From the IMG/VR virus record IMGVR_UViG_3300050821_001955: a stretch of DNA of 64,000 nucleotides; one strand, given 5' to 3'. This DNA is from an uncultured virus (IMG/VR IMGVR_UViG_3300050821_001955). Lineage: Duplodnaviria > Heunggongvirae > Uroviricota > Caudoviricetes. Shown here in pieces: positions 56,325 through 64,000 of the stretch. Within the stretch, counting starts at the first letter, position 1; every line of letters starts with the position of its first letter. The position numbers were made by a program, and so were the translations under genes. Below the pieces are notes generated by a model. The model was not told where the DNA came from. It saw only the letters and a program-made list of their open reading frames with translations, and did no database searches.

Positions 56325-59300
56325 GCGAATGCCGCTAATCCCGTTACGTGGATATTCGTTCCATCCGGACTATACCAGCTTAAAGTATCTACTGCATTAG
56401 CAGCCGTAGACGTTACAAACTTAGTTCCTCCTGCGAATAGATAGTGACTACTCCAAGTTATTACCGGAGGAGTGCCAGAAGCCGGTTGAGTAATAGTTAT
56501 AAATCCACTAGCCCCGGCTACTAAGTTAGTCGGATTAGATAGGGTATAGTTTTGAGCTTGAGTAGGAGCTAGAGTAACGTTCCATCCGGAAGCCATATTC
56601 CAAGATACAGTAGTTCCAGGGGTAAGGGCTTGTACCGTAGTAGAGAGTAGAGTACCTCCCCAAGAGGGAAGAGTAACAGAAGTATTAGCGGTTACGGTAA
56701 GAGTTGTAGTAAACGCTCCTGAAAACGTAACGCTACCTCCTATTGTTATTGTAGAAGCTCCGTTATTAACTCCCGTACCCCCGTAAGTAGCTCCTACTAC
56801 CGTTCCTTGCCAGACCCCAGTTCCAATAGTCCCTATAGAGGTAAGACTACTAAGGGTAGCTACAGCACTATTAACTAATGTTCCAGAAGTAGGGAGAGTA
56901 ACGTTAGTGGACGCAGTTGTAGTTAAGGTGAGAGCGAAATTACCGGAAGTCGTAAAGGTATTTGCTAGTGAAAGGTTATTAGCGGTTATATTACCCGCAA
57001 ACGTAGCTAGTTTTGTACTATCTATCGTTAGAGCCGTAGCGAGAGCATTAACCGATGATCCGGTAGTTCCCGCTGGAGCTACTTGTACTATAAATGAGCC
57101 ACCTATTCCCGTTCCAGTACCTTGCGAACACTTAAATGTAAAGTTAGCTCCCGCAGCATTAGACGTAGCAGTTACTACACTCTGACAAGATATATTCTGG
57201 GCTACTGGTGCCGCAGCATCTACATTACCTAGTTGAAAAGTAGCTGCCGCTTTACGAGTTAGCATCGTATCAAAAGTAGCCGCAAGATTACCAGCCGTCC
57301 AACCAAAAACGGCAGAACTCCACATCCGTATAGACCCATCAGAACTTACTACTTCAAACGCATTATTTCCTAGAACCGTAATGCCCGTGGAAGTTAATGC
57401 CGTACAAGACATCGTTCCAGTTATAACTAATCCGGCTGTTCCATAGGTACAATTCGCCGGAAGCATCGGATGATTATCCCAAACTCCCGCAGCCGATCCA
57501 ATATTCGTTACAATAACTAATCCATAGCCGCCAGCGGGAACAGTACAAACCGCCCCGGACGCATTATCTACAACCGTCAACGCTCCCGTACTGTTATTAT
57601 TAAACTCGAAAGTCTGATAGAGAGAGAGGGTAGTAGCGTCCGGAAGCTTAAACGTCTGTGTATTAGTCCCCGTTAATAACTGTACTCTTGTAGAGGCTAC
57701 CGTAAGAGTTGTAGTACCCGCAGCGGACGTTACAGAAGTACATGCACTAATAGCATTATTAAAAGCGGAGTTACCGTTGCTATCCCGATAGGCTACAGTA
57801 CTAGCAGTAGCAGCAGCCGTTAGAGAAATAGCCGTAGCATTAGCAAGACTTCCCGTAGAATTACCTACTACACTATTAGCCGCTACCTGCTGAAACTTAG
57901 CGTAAGTCACCGCGTTAGCCGCTATCGTTGTAGCAAAGGAACCTGTTCCCGTTCCAGTAACGTCATTAGTCAAAGTTATCGTTTGATCCCCGGTATTACT
58001 CCCGGATACACTAGCACTAGCCCCTATCGTGAGAGTATTAGATCCGTTATTTACTCCAGTCCCTCCGTAAGTAGCTCCTATTAGAGTACCGTGCCACGTT
58101 CCGGACGTAATCGTACCTATCGTTGCTATATCTGTTCCTACTAGCTTAGAAGCTGCTATAGATCCTGATAGCATCGCGTTAGTAACTGCTCCGGCTGCGA
58201 TAGTCGTAGCAAAGCTTCCCGTACCGCTTCCGGTTACGTTGCCTGTTAGCGTTATCGTCTGGTCCCCCGTATTACTTCCCGAAACGCTAGCGGAAGCTCC
58301 GATAGTTAAAGTGTTTGATCCGTTGTTAACTCCCGTTCCCCCATAAGTAGGTCCAATAACCGAAGCATTCCAAGTTCCCGTTACTAGAGTACCTACCGCT
58401 GTTACTTGAGTCTGACTAGCTAATACGCTGAATGTACTTCCGGAGAGTCCTAGCCCAGTCCCGTTTACATAGGTTCCCGGTCCAGCCACTTGAGTAAACG
58501 AGATAGCCGTAGTTCCTACCGTTATCGATCCGCCGGTTATCATCGTCCAAGTTGTACCGGCTAAAGTTGATCCGCTAGTAACGAATACCGTATCTCCCGC
58601 AGCTATCTCCGCTGTAGAGTTAAAGTCTGTACTACGAGTTAGTACATAAACCGTTCCGGACGTACCTACTATTGTTACTGTAAAGATACCATTATTAGCG
58701 GCAGTAGCTTCGTGATCTACTAAAATCCTATCCCCAACGCTAGGAGTTGATCCGTCTATCGTAAGGATTCCATTGACTACTCCAGTTAGAGTAGCTCCTA
58801 CACCGCTAGATCCGTTATTGTAAATATTAGTAGGAAGGGCAGCTGTTGTTGAGTATTTACAAGCAGTCTTAGTAGTAGAGTTAGCTAGGAGAGTATTGAT
58901 AGCCGTAGTAACATAAGCAGTAGAAGCAGCGAGCGTACTATTATCAGAAGTTGCCTGGGTCCCTACTATCGGATTAGTAAGAGTAGCTCCGGAAGCTAAG
59001 ACAATATTACCGCTGCCCGTTGTACTTGTACTAAGATCCGTAACGGCTAATTGACCTACTGTAACTGCTCCTCCCGAGCTAGTCTGTTTAAGAACTTGAG
59101 ACGTACCTCCCGTAGCACTAAGATCGGAGTTAGTCCCTCCGTAAGCTAATCCAACTTTAGTTCCCTGCCAAGTTCCGGTTCCTATAGTTCCTACCGTCGT
59201 TAAAGAGGACGTTACTACATTAGAAGCGAGAGTAGTCCCGGTTAGAGTTCCAGCAGCAGCTGTAACGGTTATGCTAGCTGATCCGTCAAACGCTACTCCA

Positions 59301-59935
59301 TTGATATTTCTAGCAGTCTGTAAAATAGTAGCGGTTCCGGCATTTCCACTTATATTAGTCTGATCTCCCGTATTAGTCCCCGATGTATTTCCTATGACTA
59401 CTAGTTCCGCGTCCGTAACATATCTCTTATTACTTGAATCTGCTATATCAGCCGTAGTAAGAGTTACATTACTCGAAAGAGCATGTCCGTTTACAGTAGT
59501 TGTCTTAGGAACCAATCCACTAAGGTCTTGATCTCCTGTATTCGATCCGCTAAGATTTGCCCCCGAAATATTTCCACTAGCTACTATACTTGTAGGAGTG
59601 ATAGCCCCTAAAGTCAAAGTAATCGCGGGAGTAGTTGTAGGATTAGCTACTATCCCAGAAACCCCGTTAGCCGTTACTATTGAAAGAGTAGTTACCGTCC
59701 CACTCCCACTACTCGCAGCTGCCCAAGAGAGATTATGACTTCCGTCCGTAGTTAGAACATACCCACCTGATCCATCTACAGACGGAAGTACGTAATCAAT
59801 ACTACCAGCTACTGCTTGAGGCTTAAATCCTACACTTCCGGATGTAGAACCGTAGAGTCTAAAACCCCAGCCATTGACTAGAGGTCTTACAAACCCTACC
59901 ACCGCATCGATTATAAATCCGGGAAACAAGGACAT
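56321..59935 (-). CDS. Long tail fibre / adhesin-like protein
   Basis: 1204 aa T/G/S/A-rich; repeats of TYGGTGVNNG and SGSNTGDQ; GDRILV..E...NNGIF..LTRSTD fibre domain. Confidence 0.8.
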   Translation of the reverse strand: MSLFPGFIIDAVVGFVRPLVNGWGFRLYGSTSGSVGFKPQAVAGSIDYVLPSVDGSGGYVLTTDGSHNLSWAAASSGSGTVTTLSIVTANGVSGIVANPTTTPAITLTLGAITPTSIVASGNISGANLSGSNTGDQDLSGLVPKTTTVNGHALSSNVTLTTADIADSSNKRYVTDAELVVIGNTSGTNTGDQTNISGNAGTATILQTARNINGVAFDGSASITVTAAAGTLTGTTLASNVVTSSLTTVGTIGTGTWQGTKVGLAYGGTNSDLSATGGTSQVLKQTSSGGAVTVGQLAVTDLSTSTTGSGNIVLASGATLTNPIVGTQATSDNSTLAASTAYVTTAINTLLANSTTKTACKYSTTAALPTNIYNNGSSGVGATLTGVVNGILTIDGSTPSVGDRILVDHEATAANNGIFTVTIVGTSGTVYVLTRSTDFNSTAEIAAGDTVFVTSGSTLAGTTWTMITGGSITVGTTAISFTQVAGPGTYVNGTGLGLSGSTFSVLASQTQVTAVGTLVTGTWNASVIGPTYGGTGVNNGSNTLTIGASASVSGSNTGDQTITLTGNVTGSGTGSFATTIAAGAVTNAMLSGSIAASKLVGTDIATIGTITSGTWHGTLIGATYGGTGVNNGSNTLTIGASASVSGSNTGDQTITLTNDVTGTGTGSFATTIAANAVTYAKFQQVAANSVVGNSTGSLANATAISLTAAATASTVAYRDSNGNSAFNNAISACTSVTSAAGTTTLTVASTRVQLLTGTNTQTFKLPDATTLSLYQTFEFNNNSTGALTVVDNASGAVCTVPAGGYGLVIVTNIGSAAGVWDNHPMLPANCTYGTAGLVITGTMSCTALTSTGITVLGNNAFEVVSSDGSIRMWSSAVFGWTAGNLAATFDTMLTRKAAATFQLGNVDAAAPVAQNISCQSVVTATSNAAGANFTFKCSQGTGTGIGGSFIVQVAPAGTTGSSVNALATALTIDSTKLATFAGNITANNLSLANTFTTSGNFALTLTTTASTNVTLPTSGTLVNSAVATLSSLTSIGTIGTGVWQGTVVGATYGGTGVNNGASTITIGGSVTFSGAFTTTLTVTANTSVTLPSWGGTLLSTTVQALTPGTTVSWNMASGWNVTLAPTQAQNYTLSNPTNLVAGASGFITITQPASGTPPVITWSSHYLFAGGTKFVTSTAANAVDTLSWYSPDGTNIHVTGLAAFA

Positions 59936-60144
59936 TTAAATACCTATGACTTCTACTAAGGACAAGTACATCTTAACCAACCATCCTACTACTGTTAAGA
60001 TTCTCATAGTCGATCCTTCTATTTAAGGGAACTGGCTCTAGTGTTTACTGAGCGGGATAGGCGGACCACCGTTCAACACTAGAAACCAGCCTCCCGAGAG
60101 AGACTCAAAGATTCTCTCAAACTAAAGTAAGAGAGACAAGCGAA

Positions 60145-60615
60145 CTAAGCCGGAGGGGCTGGAGTAGGTTCCGGAGTAGGAACAGGAGGAGTATCGGGAA
60201 TTTGAACTACTGTCCCGAGAACTGCGGTAATAGCTCCAGCCGGAGCAGGAGGAGTAAGGTCAGGGACAGTATAGTCAAAAGTAGTAGGGGCACTAGATTC
60301 AAACGCTCCATTCTCAACAACATTGATATGAAACGTATCTCCGCTCTTGACTTGAGGAACGTTAAAACTACCTTGGGTGGGAGCGATACTTTGAACAGGC
60401 TGAACAACGTTGTTAATCGAGAGATTAACGGTTTGACCTACGATACCAGGAGTAGGAGTCCAATTAAACGTAAGAGGAGCTACGTACATAGTCTTTACCC
60501 ACCTAGCCTTTCCTATCTTGACTTGGATCACTTTGACGGGGTTGACTCCATAGTAGAGTTCATACCACCACCGTCCGAACAGTCGCCACTTCACATTAAC
60601 TAGTTTCTCACCCAT
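60145..60615 (-). CDS. Hypothetical protein (FN3-like, Pro-rich tail)
   Basis: Beta-rich with PTPEPTP tail. Confidence 0.45.
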   Translation of the reverse strand: MGEKLVNVKWRLFGRWWYELYYGVNPVKVIQVKIGKARWVKTMYVAPLTFNWTPTPGIVGQTVNLSINNVVQPVQSIAPTQGSFNVPQVKSGDTFHINVVENGAFESSAPTTFDYTVPDLTPPAPAGAITAVLGTVVQIPDTPPVPTPEPTPAPPA

Positions 60616-60636
60616 GATTTGCCTATCATAATTGAG

Positions 60637-61047
60637 CTACTCCGGGATATTATTTTCTTGACACACCGCTGAATACTGTTGAGGAGTAGCTTCGCGAGTC
60701 TGATCTAGAGCCGCAATAGCTACGTCCCTAGCGGCGTTCCTACGTACTCGTTGTCCTTGACCCCTAAGATGTCGGAGAGTTTGAGTAGTAGCCGGACCTA
60801 AAACAATAGGATCATACTGACCGTTATCATAGTGCTCGTCAATAAAGTCCGTAGCACTTTGAGTAGCAGCGGGAGGAGTAGGAGTTACCGGGGTTTTCTT
60901 ACAAGCGGAGAACAGAGTCATAAGCGTAGGGAACAGAGTAGTAAAGATCGTAATCAGTGTAGTCGGATCAAATACCCCGTAAGTATTAGGAGCACTCGCT
61001 TGGAGTTTTTGAGCCGCTAGAGTAGCTTGATTGTTAGTTTCATTCAT
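60637..61047 (-). CDS. Hypothetical protein with hydrophobic helix
   Basis: FDPTTLITIFTTLFPTLMTLFSAC. Confidence 0.5.
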   Translation of the reverse strand: MNETNNQATLAAQKLQASAPNTYGVFDPTTLITIFTTLFPTLMTLFSACKKTPVTPTPPAATQSATDFIDEHYDNGQYDPIVLGPATTQTLRHLRGQGQRVRRNAARDVAIAALDQTREATPQQYSAVCQENNIPE

Positions 61048-61370
61048 TATTTCTCTCCCTTATTCTTGTTTTCTTGGGCTGTTCTATACATATTTAAGTA
61101 GTAAAAGTTAAACGCTGAGTCCCTATCCTTAGTCTTCATAGCTTCTATTTCTCCTATAGTCATCTTTCTCCACTTATCTTCAAACTCCCATACCATTCGA
61201 TAGTAGTCTCGTTCTGCTTCCTTATAGAAGATCCAACGCTTATTCCAATACTCATCTCTATCCTTTGGATCTAAAGGAGGGGCGGAGCTAGCGTATCCTA
61301 CCCCTAAACAAACTAACGCTGTAGCTAGAAGACTAACAAAGGTAATAGATCCTTCCGGGAATCTTTTCAT
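61047..61370 (-). CDS. Hypothetical secreted/membrane protein
   Basis: N-terminal hydrophobic segment. Confidence 0.5.
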   Translation of the reverse strand: MKRFPEGSITFVSLLATALVCLGVGYASSAPPLDPKDRDEYWNKRWIFYKEAERDYYRMVWEFEDKWRKMTIGEIEAMKTKDRDSAFNFYYLNMYRTAQENKNKGEK

Positions 61371-61377
61371 ATATCAC

Positions 61378-62043
61378 CTATCTAGGTCCGTGAATAGTGT
61401 GCCATCGGTCGTGTTCGTAAACCATTTGAGAGTAACTCATTCCACTAGTATTTATTCCATGAGAGCTTTCAAGATGTCTCTTAAGACTACTAGGAGTATT
61501 ATCAGGCCAAGTATATCTAGGTACAGGCAATCTTGCGTTAGCTTGAGATAGGCTCTGACTATCTCTTGTCTGTACGATCTGTTTTGGCTTAGCTTCTTTC
61601 GGTAGTAGGCTCTTCTCAGTAGCTTCATATTTGTTAAGGAAGTAGTCTACTCCTAGCCAACCTTCTTCTTTCCTCCAATCCCCTTTAGAGTCTTGCCAAA
61701 GTAGGAAAGGAGTTCCCGTAGCTTCTTTCGGTAGATCGGTTCTAAAGACTACATTGAACTTATCTTTGATCCTAGGGTCTTGACAATCCTTATACCCTTT
61801 TATACAGTTCTTACAACTACCGTGTCCTGCGGCTAGTTGTTTCTCTGTTTCTTTCGAGTAGAACCTTATACAAGGCTTTTTCGGAAGTAGCGGAGGAGCT
61901 ACGTGTTTCTGATCTTCAATATGCTCGAAATGAGGTAGCTCTCCTTTTTCTATCTTGTACTCATAAATCGTTTCGGGTAGCGGAGACACCTGTACTTTGA
62001 ACTCTATGTCTCCTACAAATAGAGCTAGTAATAAAAGGTACAT
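61378..62043 (-). CDS. Secreted thioredoxin-like protein with His-rich C-terminal motif
   Basis: Signal-like N-terminus, CKNC, TP motif, RYTWP..L..HL...H...HD.WH. Confidence 0.5.
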   Translation of the reverse strand: MYLLLLALFVGDIEFKVQVSPLPETIYEYKIEKGELPHFEHIEDQKHVAPPLLPKKPCIRFYSKETEKQLAAGHGSCKNCIKGYKDCQDPRIKDKFNVVFRTDLPKEATGTPFLLWQDSKGDWRKEEGWLGVDYFLNKYEATEKSLLPKEAKPKQIVQTRDSQSLSQANARLPVPRYTWPDNTPSSLKRHLESSHGINTSGMSYSQMVYEHDRWHTIHGPR

Positions 62044-62828
62044 TAAGCAGCTACCGTAGAGAGAGGACAGACAGCGTCGTCAGCTAGTATTTTTGTACCC
62101 TGCAAGACACTAAAGCCTTGAGATCCAAATCCATCGCCCCAGCTATTTCTGAACCGAATCGCGATAGCTCCGTTAAGCCAAACCGCATCGCAAAATACTA
62201 CTTCGTGACCCCACCAATTAAGTCCTACCGCTACGGGGATGTTTCGGAGCAGACAAGAGATCATCTGGTTAGTATTCTTAGGTACTAGCTCATACCAACC
62301 TACGATCCGATAATCAAGGGCAGCTTGAACGTTAGCCGGAGTATGGTACTTACTACTAATCGCGTTAACAGGCCAAAGAGATTCCGGAACAATACCGTTA
62401 TCAACGATATACTTAAGAGCAGCTTCCCCCCAACCTCCTACGTTCTTATAGCCGGTAATCGGTCCCCCTACGCTAGCTGCCGAGAGCTTAACCATAGGCT
62501 CATTTTGTATAACCCTAAGCATCTCTACTGTACCCGTCGGAGCATTACACCAACAGTAGTTAGTTTGTTGCTGGTTCTTACTAGGAAGATTAGCTTGAAG
62601 AACTAAGTCCGAGATACGATTTTTAAGTTGTTCTTTTTCGGCTATCCTAGCTTGCCATTCCGATTGAGGAATAAGTAGTTCATCGGGAAACGGAGTAGTA
62701 GTAGCCATCCGTCCGTAAGGGGTAGTCCTAGCTCCCGCCATATACCCAGTACTCATCCCATCCGGAGTAACGATACTAGGAGTATCATCGTCAATAACAA
62801 TTTCGTTATCGAATAATTCGCTAGTCAT
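62043..62828 (-). CDS. Papain-like (C1) cysteine peptidase
   Basis: QQQTNYCW (catalytic Cys), WWGHEV (His), RNSWG (Asn). Confidence 0.85.
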   Translation of the reverse strand: MTSELFDNEIVIDDDTPSIVTPDGMSTGYMAGARTTPYGRMATTTPFPDELLIPQSEWQARIAEKEQLKNRISDLVLQANLPSKNQQQTNYCWCNAPTGTVEMLRVIQNEPMVKLSAASVGGPITGYKNVGGWGEAALKYIVDNGIVPESLWPVNAISSKYHTPANVQAALDYRIVGWYELVPKNTNQMISCLLRNIPVAVGLNWWGHEVVFCDAVWLNGAIAIRFRNSWGDGFGSQGFSVLQGTKILADDAVCPLSTVAA

Positions 62829-63682
62829 TATTGACCTCCTTGTTGCTTAAGGAAATTAAGCGTATCTGTCTCGGTATTTGGGAGAGGATAAACCTTAGCT
62901 GCTCCGTTTACGGAAATCACTAGTTGAGGACTAGTTCCTACTAACAACGGCCCCATTTGAGACTTAGTAGCATTCCATAGAGCTACCATAGTAGGAGATT
63001 CCTTAGTCCCTACTTCTAAAGTTGGAGCCCACATACGCCATTCCGGTCTTCCGTCCGCTCCTTTAACACAATGAGAGTTTAGATAGTCTCGAATACTAGT
63101 AGAGTAGATTGTATTTAATTGATCTCTAGTATTATTCGCCATCGGATCAAATACGATTATGACTCTAAATCCGGTAGGAGTTACTACGTTGGGAGTAGGT
63201 GGAACTACCGGGGTAGGATTAACCGGATTAACTGGTGTAGGGTTAATCGGAATAGGGACTGGAGCAGGAGCAGGTAGCAAACCATGCTTAGTCTCTACTC
63301 CTTGTAAGAGAGTTTGGAGCTTAGTAAGTAGGGTTAGTGCTCCGTTCTTTTGAGTTTCCGATTGAGTAAACTCTTGATCTATAGCCGCTATTAAGCTAGC
63401 TAAGTCTGTAACCGGAATAGGTACAGGAGCAGGAGGATTAACTGGAACCGGAGGTATGACCGGTGTAGGATTAACAGGGACTACGGGAACCGGAGCAGGA
63501 GGTACTACCGGAACTACCGTAGTGTTAGGAGACGGAATAGGTTGAGGGGGAACTACTATTACATCTGTCGGGTTGGGAGCGGGAGTTGGTCCGGGTGCGG
63601 GAAAATAGTGACCTATCGCTGTTCCCGCGAATAGTAAGAGAGCAGCTATAAAAGCTCTCCAACCTGTTAAGTTATTTTGCAT
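62828..63682 (-). CDS. Secreted Pro/Val-rich protein
   Basis: Signal-like N-terminus, PVPVNP repeats, globular C-terminal domain. Confidence 0.6.
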   Translation of the reverse strand: MQNNLTGWRAFIAALLLFAGTAIGHYFPAPGPTPAPNPTDVIVVPPQPIPSPNTTVVPVVPPAPVPVVPVNPTPVIPPVPVNPPAPVPIPVTDLASLIAAIDQEFTQSETQKNGALTLLTKLQTLLQGVETKHGLLPAPAPVPIPINPTPVNPVNPTPVVPPTPNVVTPTGFRVIIVFDPMANNTRDQLNTIYSTSIRDYLNSHCVKGADGRPEWRMWAPTLEVGTKESPTMVALWNATKSQMGPLLVGTSPQLVISVNGAAKVYPLPNTETDTLNFLKQQGGQ

Positions 63683-64000
63683 TTTGTTACCTATCTAGTT
63701 AGAAGCCTATCTTACCTATCAAACTAAACTACTATTTCACCTTCTCTAATTTGCCTAGCCCTATCGTGATATTTCCACATAGGACATTTAGTAGAAATCC
63801 ATTCCTTACAAGTACATCCTTCCATAACTACTTTACTAGGATTTTTCTTAGCATTAATAAAAAAGAATTCTCTATCTTCTTCATTAAATTTCCTACACTT
63901 TAAAGGAGCGGAAGCAAAGCTAGTCTCCCGGATTAGTTCTCCTTTTTCCGGATCTTCTAACATGTTTCCGTCTTTGTTAAGTTTATAGTATTGAATCTCT

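Noticed and set aside
56700..58400. Repeats in the tail fibre as a CRISPR array or DGR template/variable pair
   Set aside because: They are in-frame protein repeats with synonymous divergence; no spacer structure, no adenine-specific pattern noticed and no reverse transcriptase in the window.

Overview
A 64 kb segment of a large tailed dsDNA phage with siphovirus-like tail genes. The host is probably a planctomycete, a weak inference from a CsrA homolog and from the style of the late secreted proteins. There are three transcription blocks. (1) Leftward, 1-25.2 kb: nucleotide-pool enzymes, a thymidylate-synthase-like dUMP hydroxymethylase, a thymidine hypermodification operon (5-hmdU DNA kinase, P-loop kinase, radical SAM, amino acid:DNA transferase, FAD oxidoreductase, aldo-keto reductase), family A DNA polymerase, two tRNAs plus a tRNA-like RNA, CsrA, Sak4/exonuclease, UDG and RuvC. 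(2) Rightward, 26-34.1 kb: small early-type genes, a ParB-like protein and two type II hammerhead ribozymes flanking one small ORF. (3) Leftward, 34.2-64 kb: a glycosyltransferase/methyltransferase/radical SAM cluster, tail genes (tape measure, frameshifted chaperone, tail tube, fibre) and a papain-like peptidase module. The strongest candidate for a new system is the hypermodification operon. Its enzyme combination (AADT + rSAM + flavin oxidase + AKR, with no PLP decarboxylase or acetyltransferase) differs from the M6, ViI and PaMx11 pathways as I know them and predicts a new modified base. All calls come from motif recognition by eye; no searches were run.
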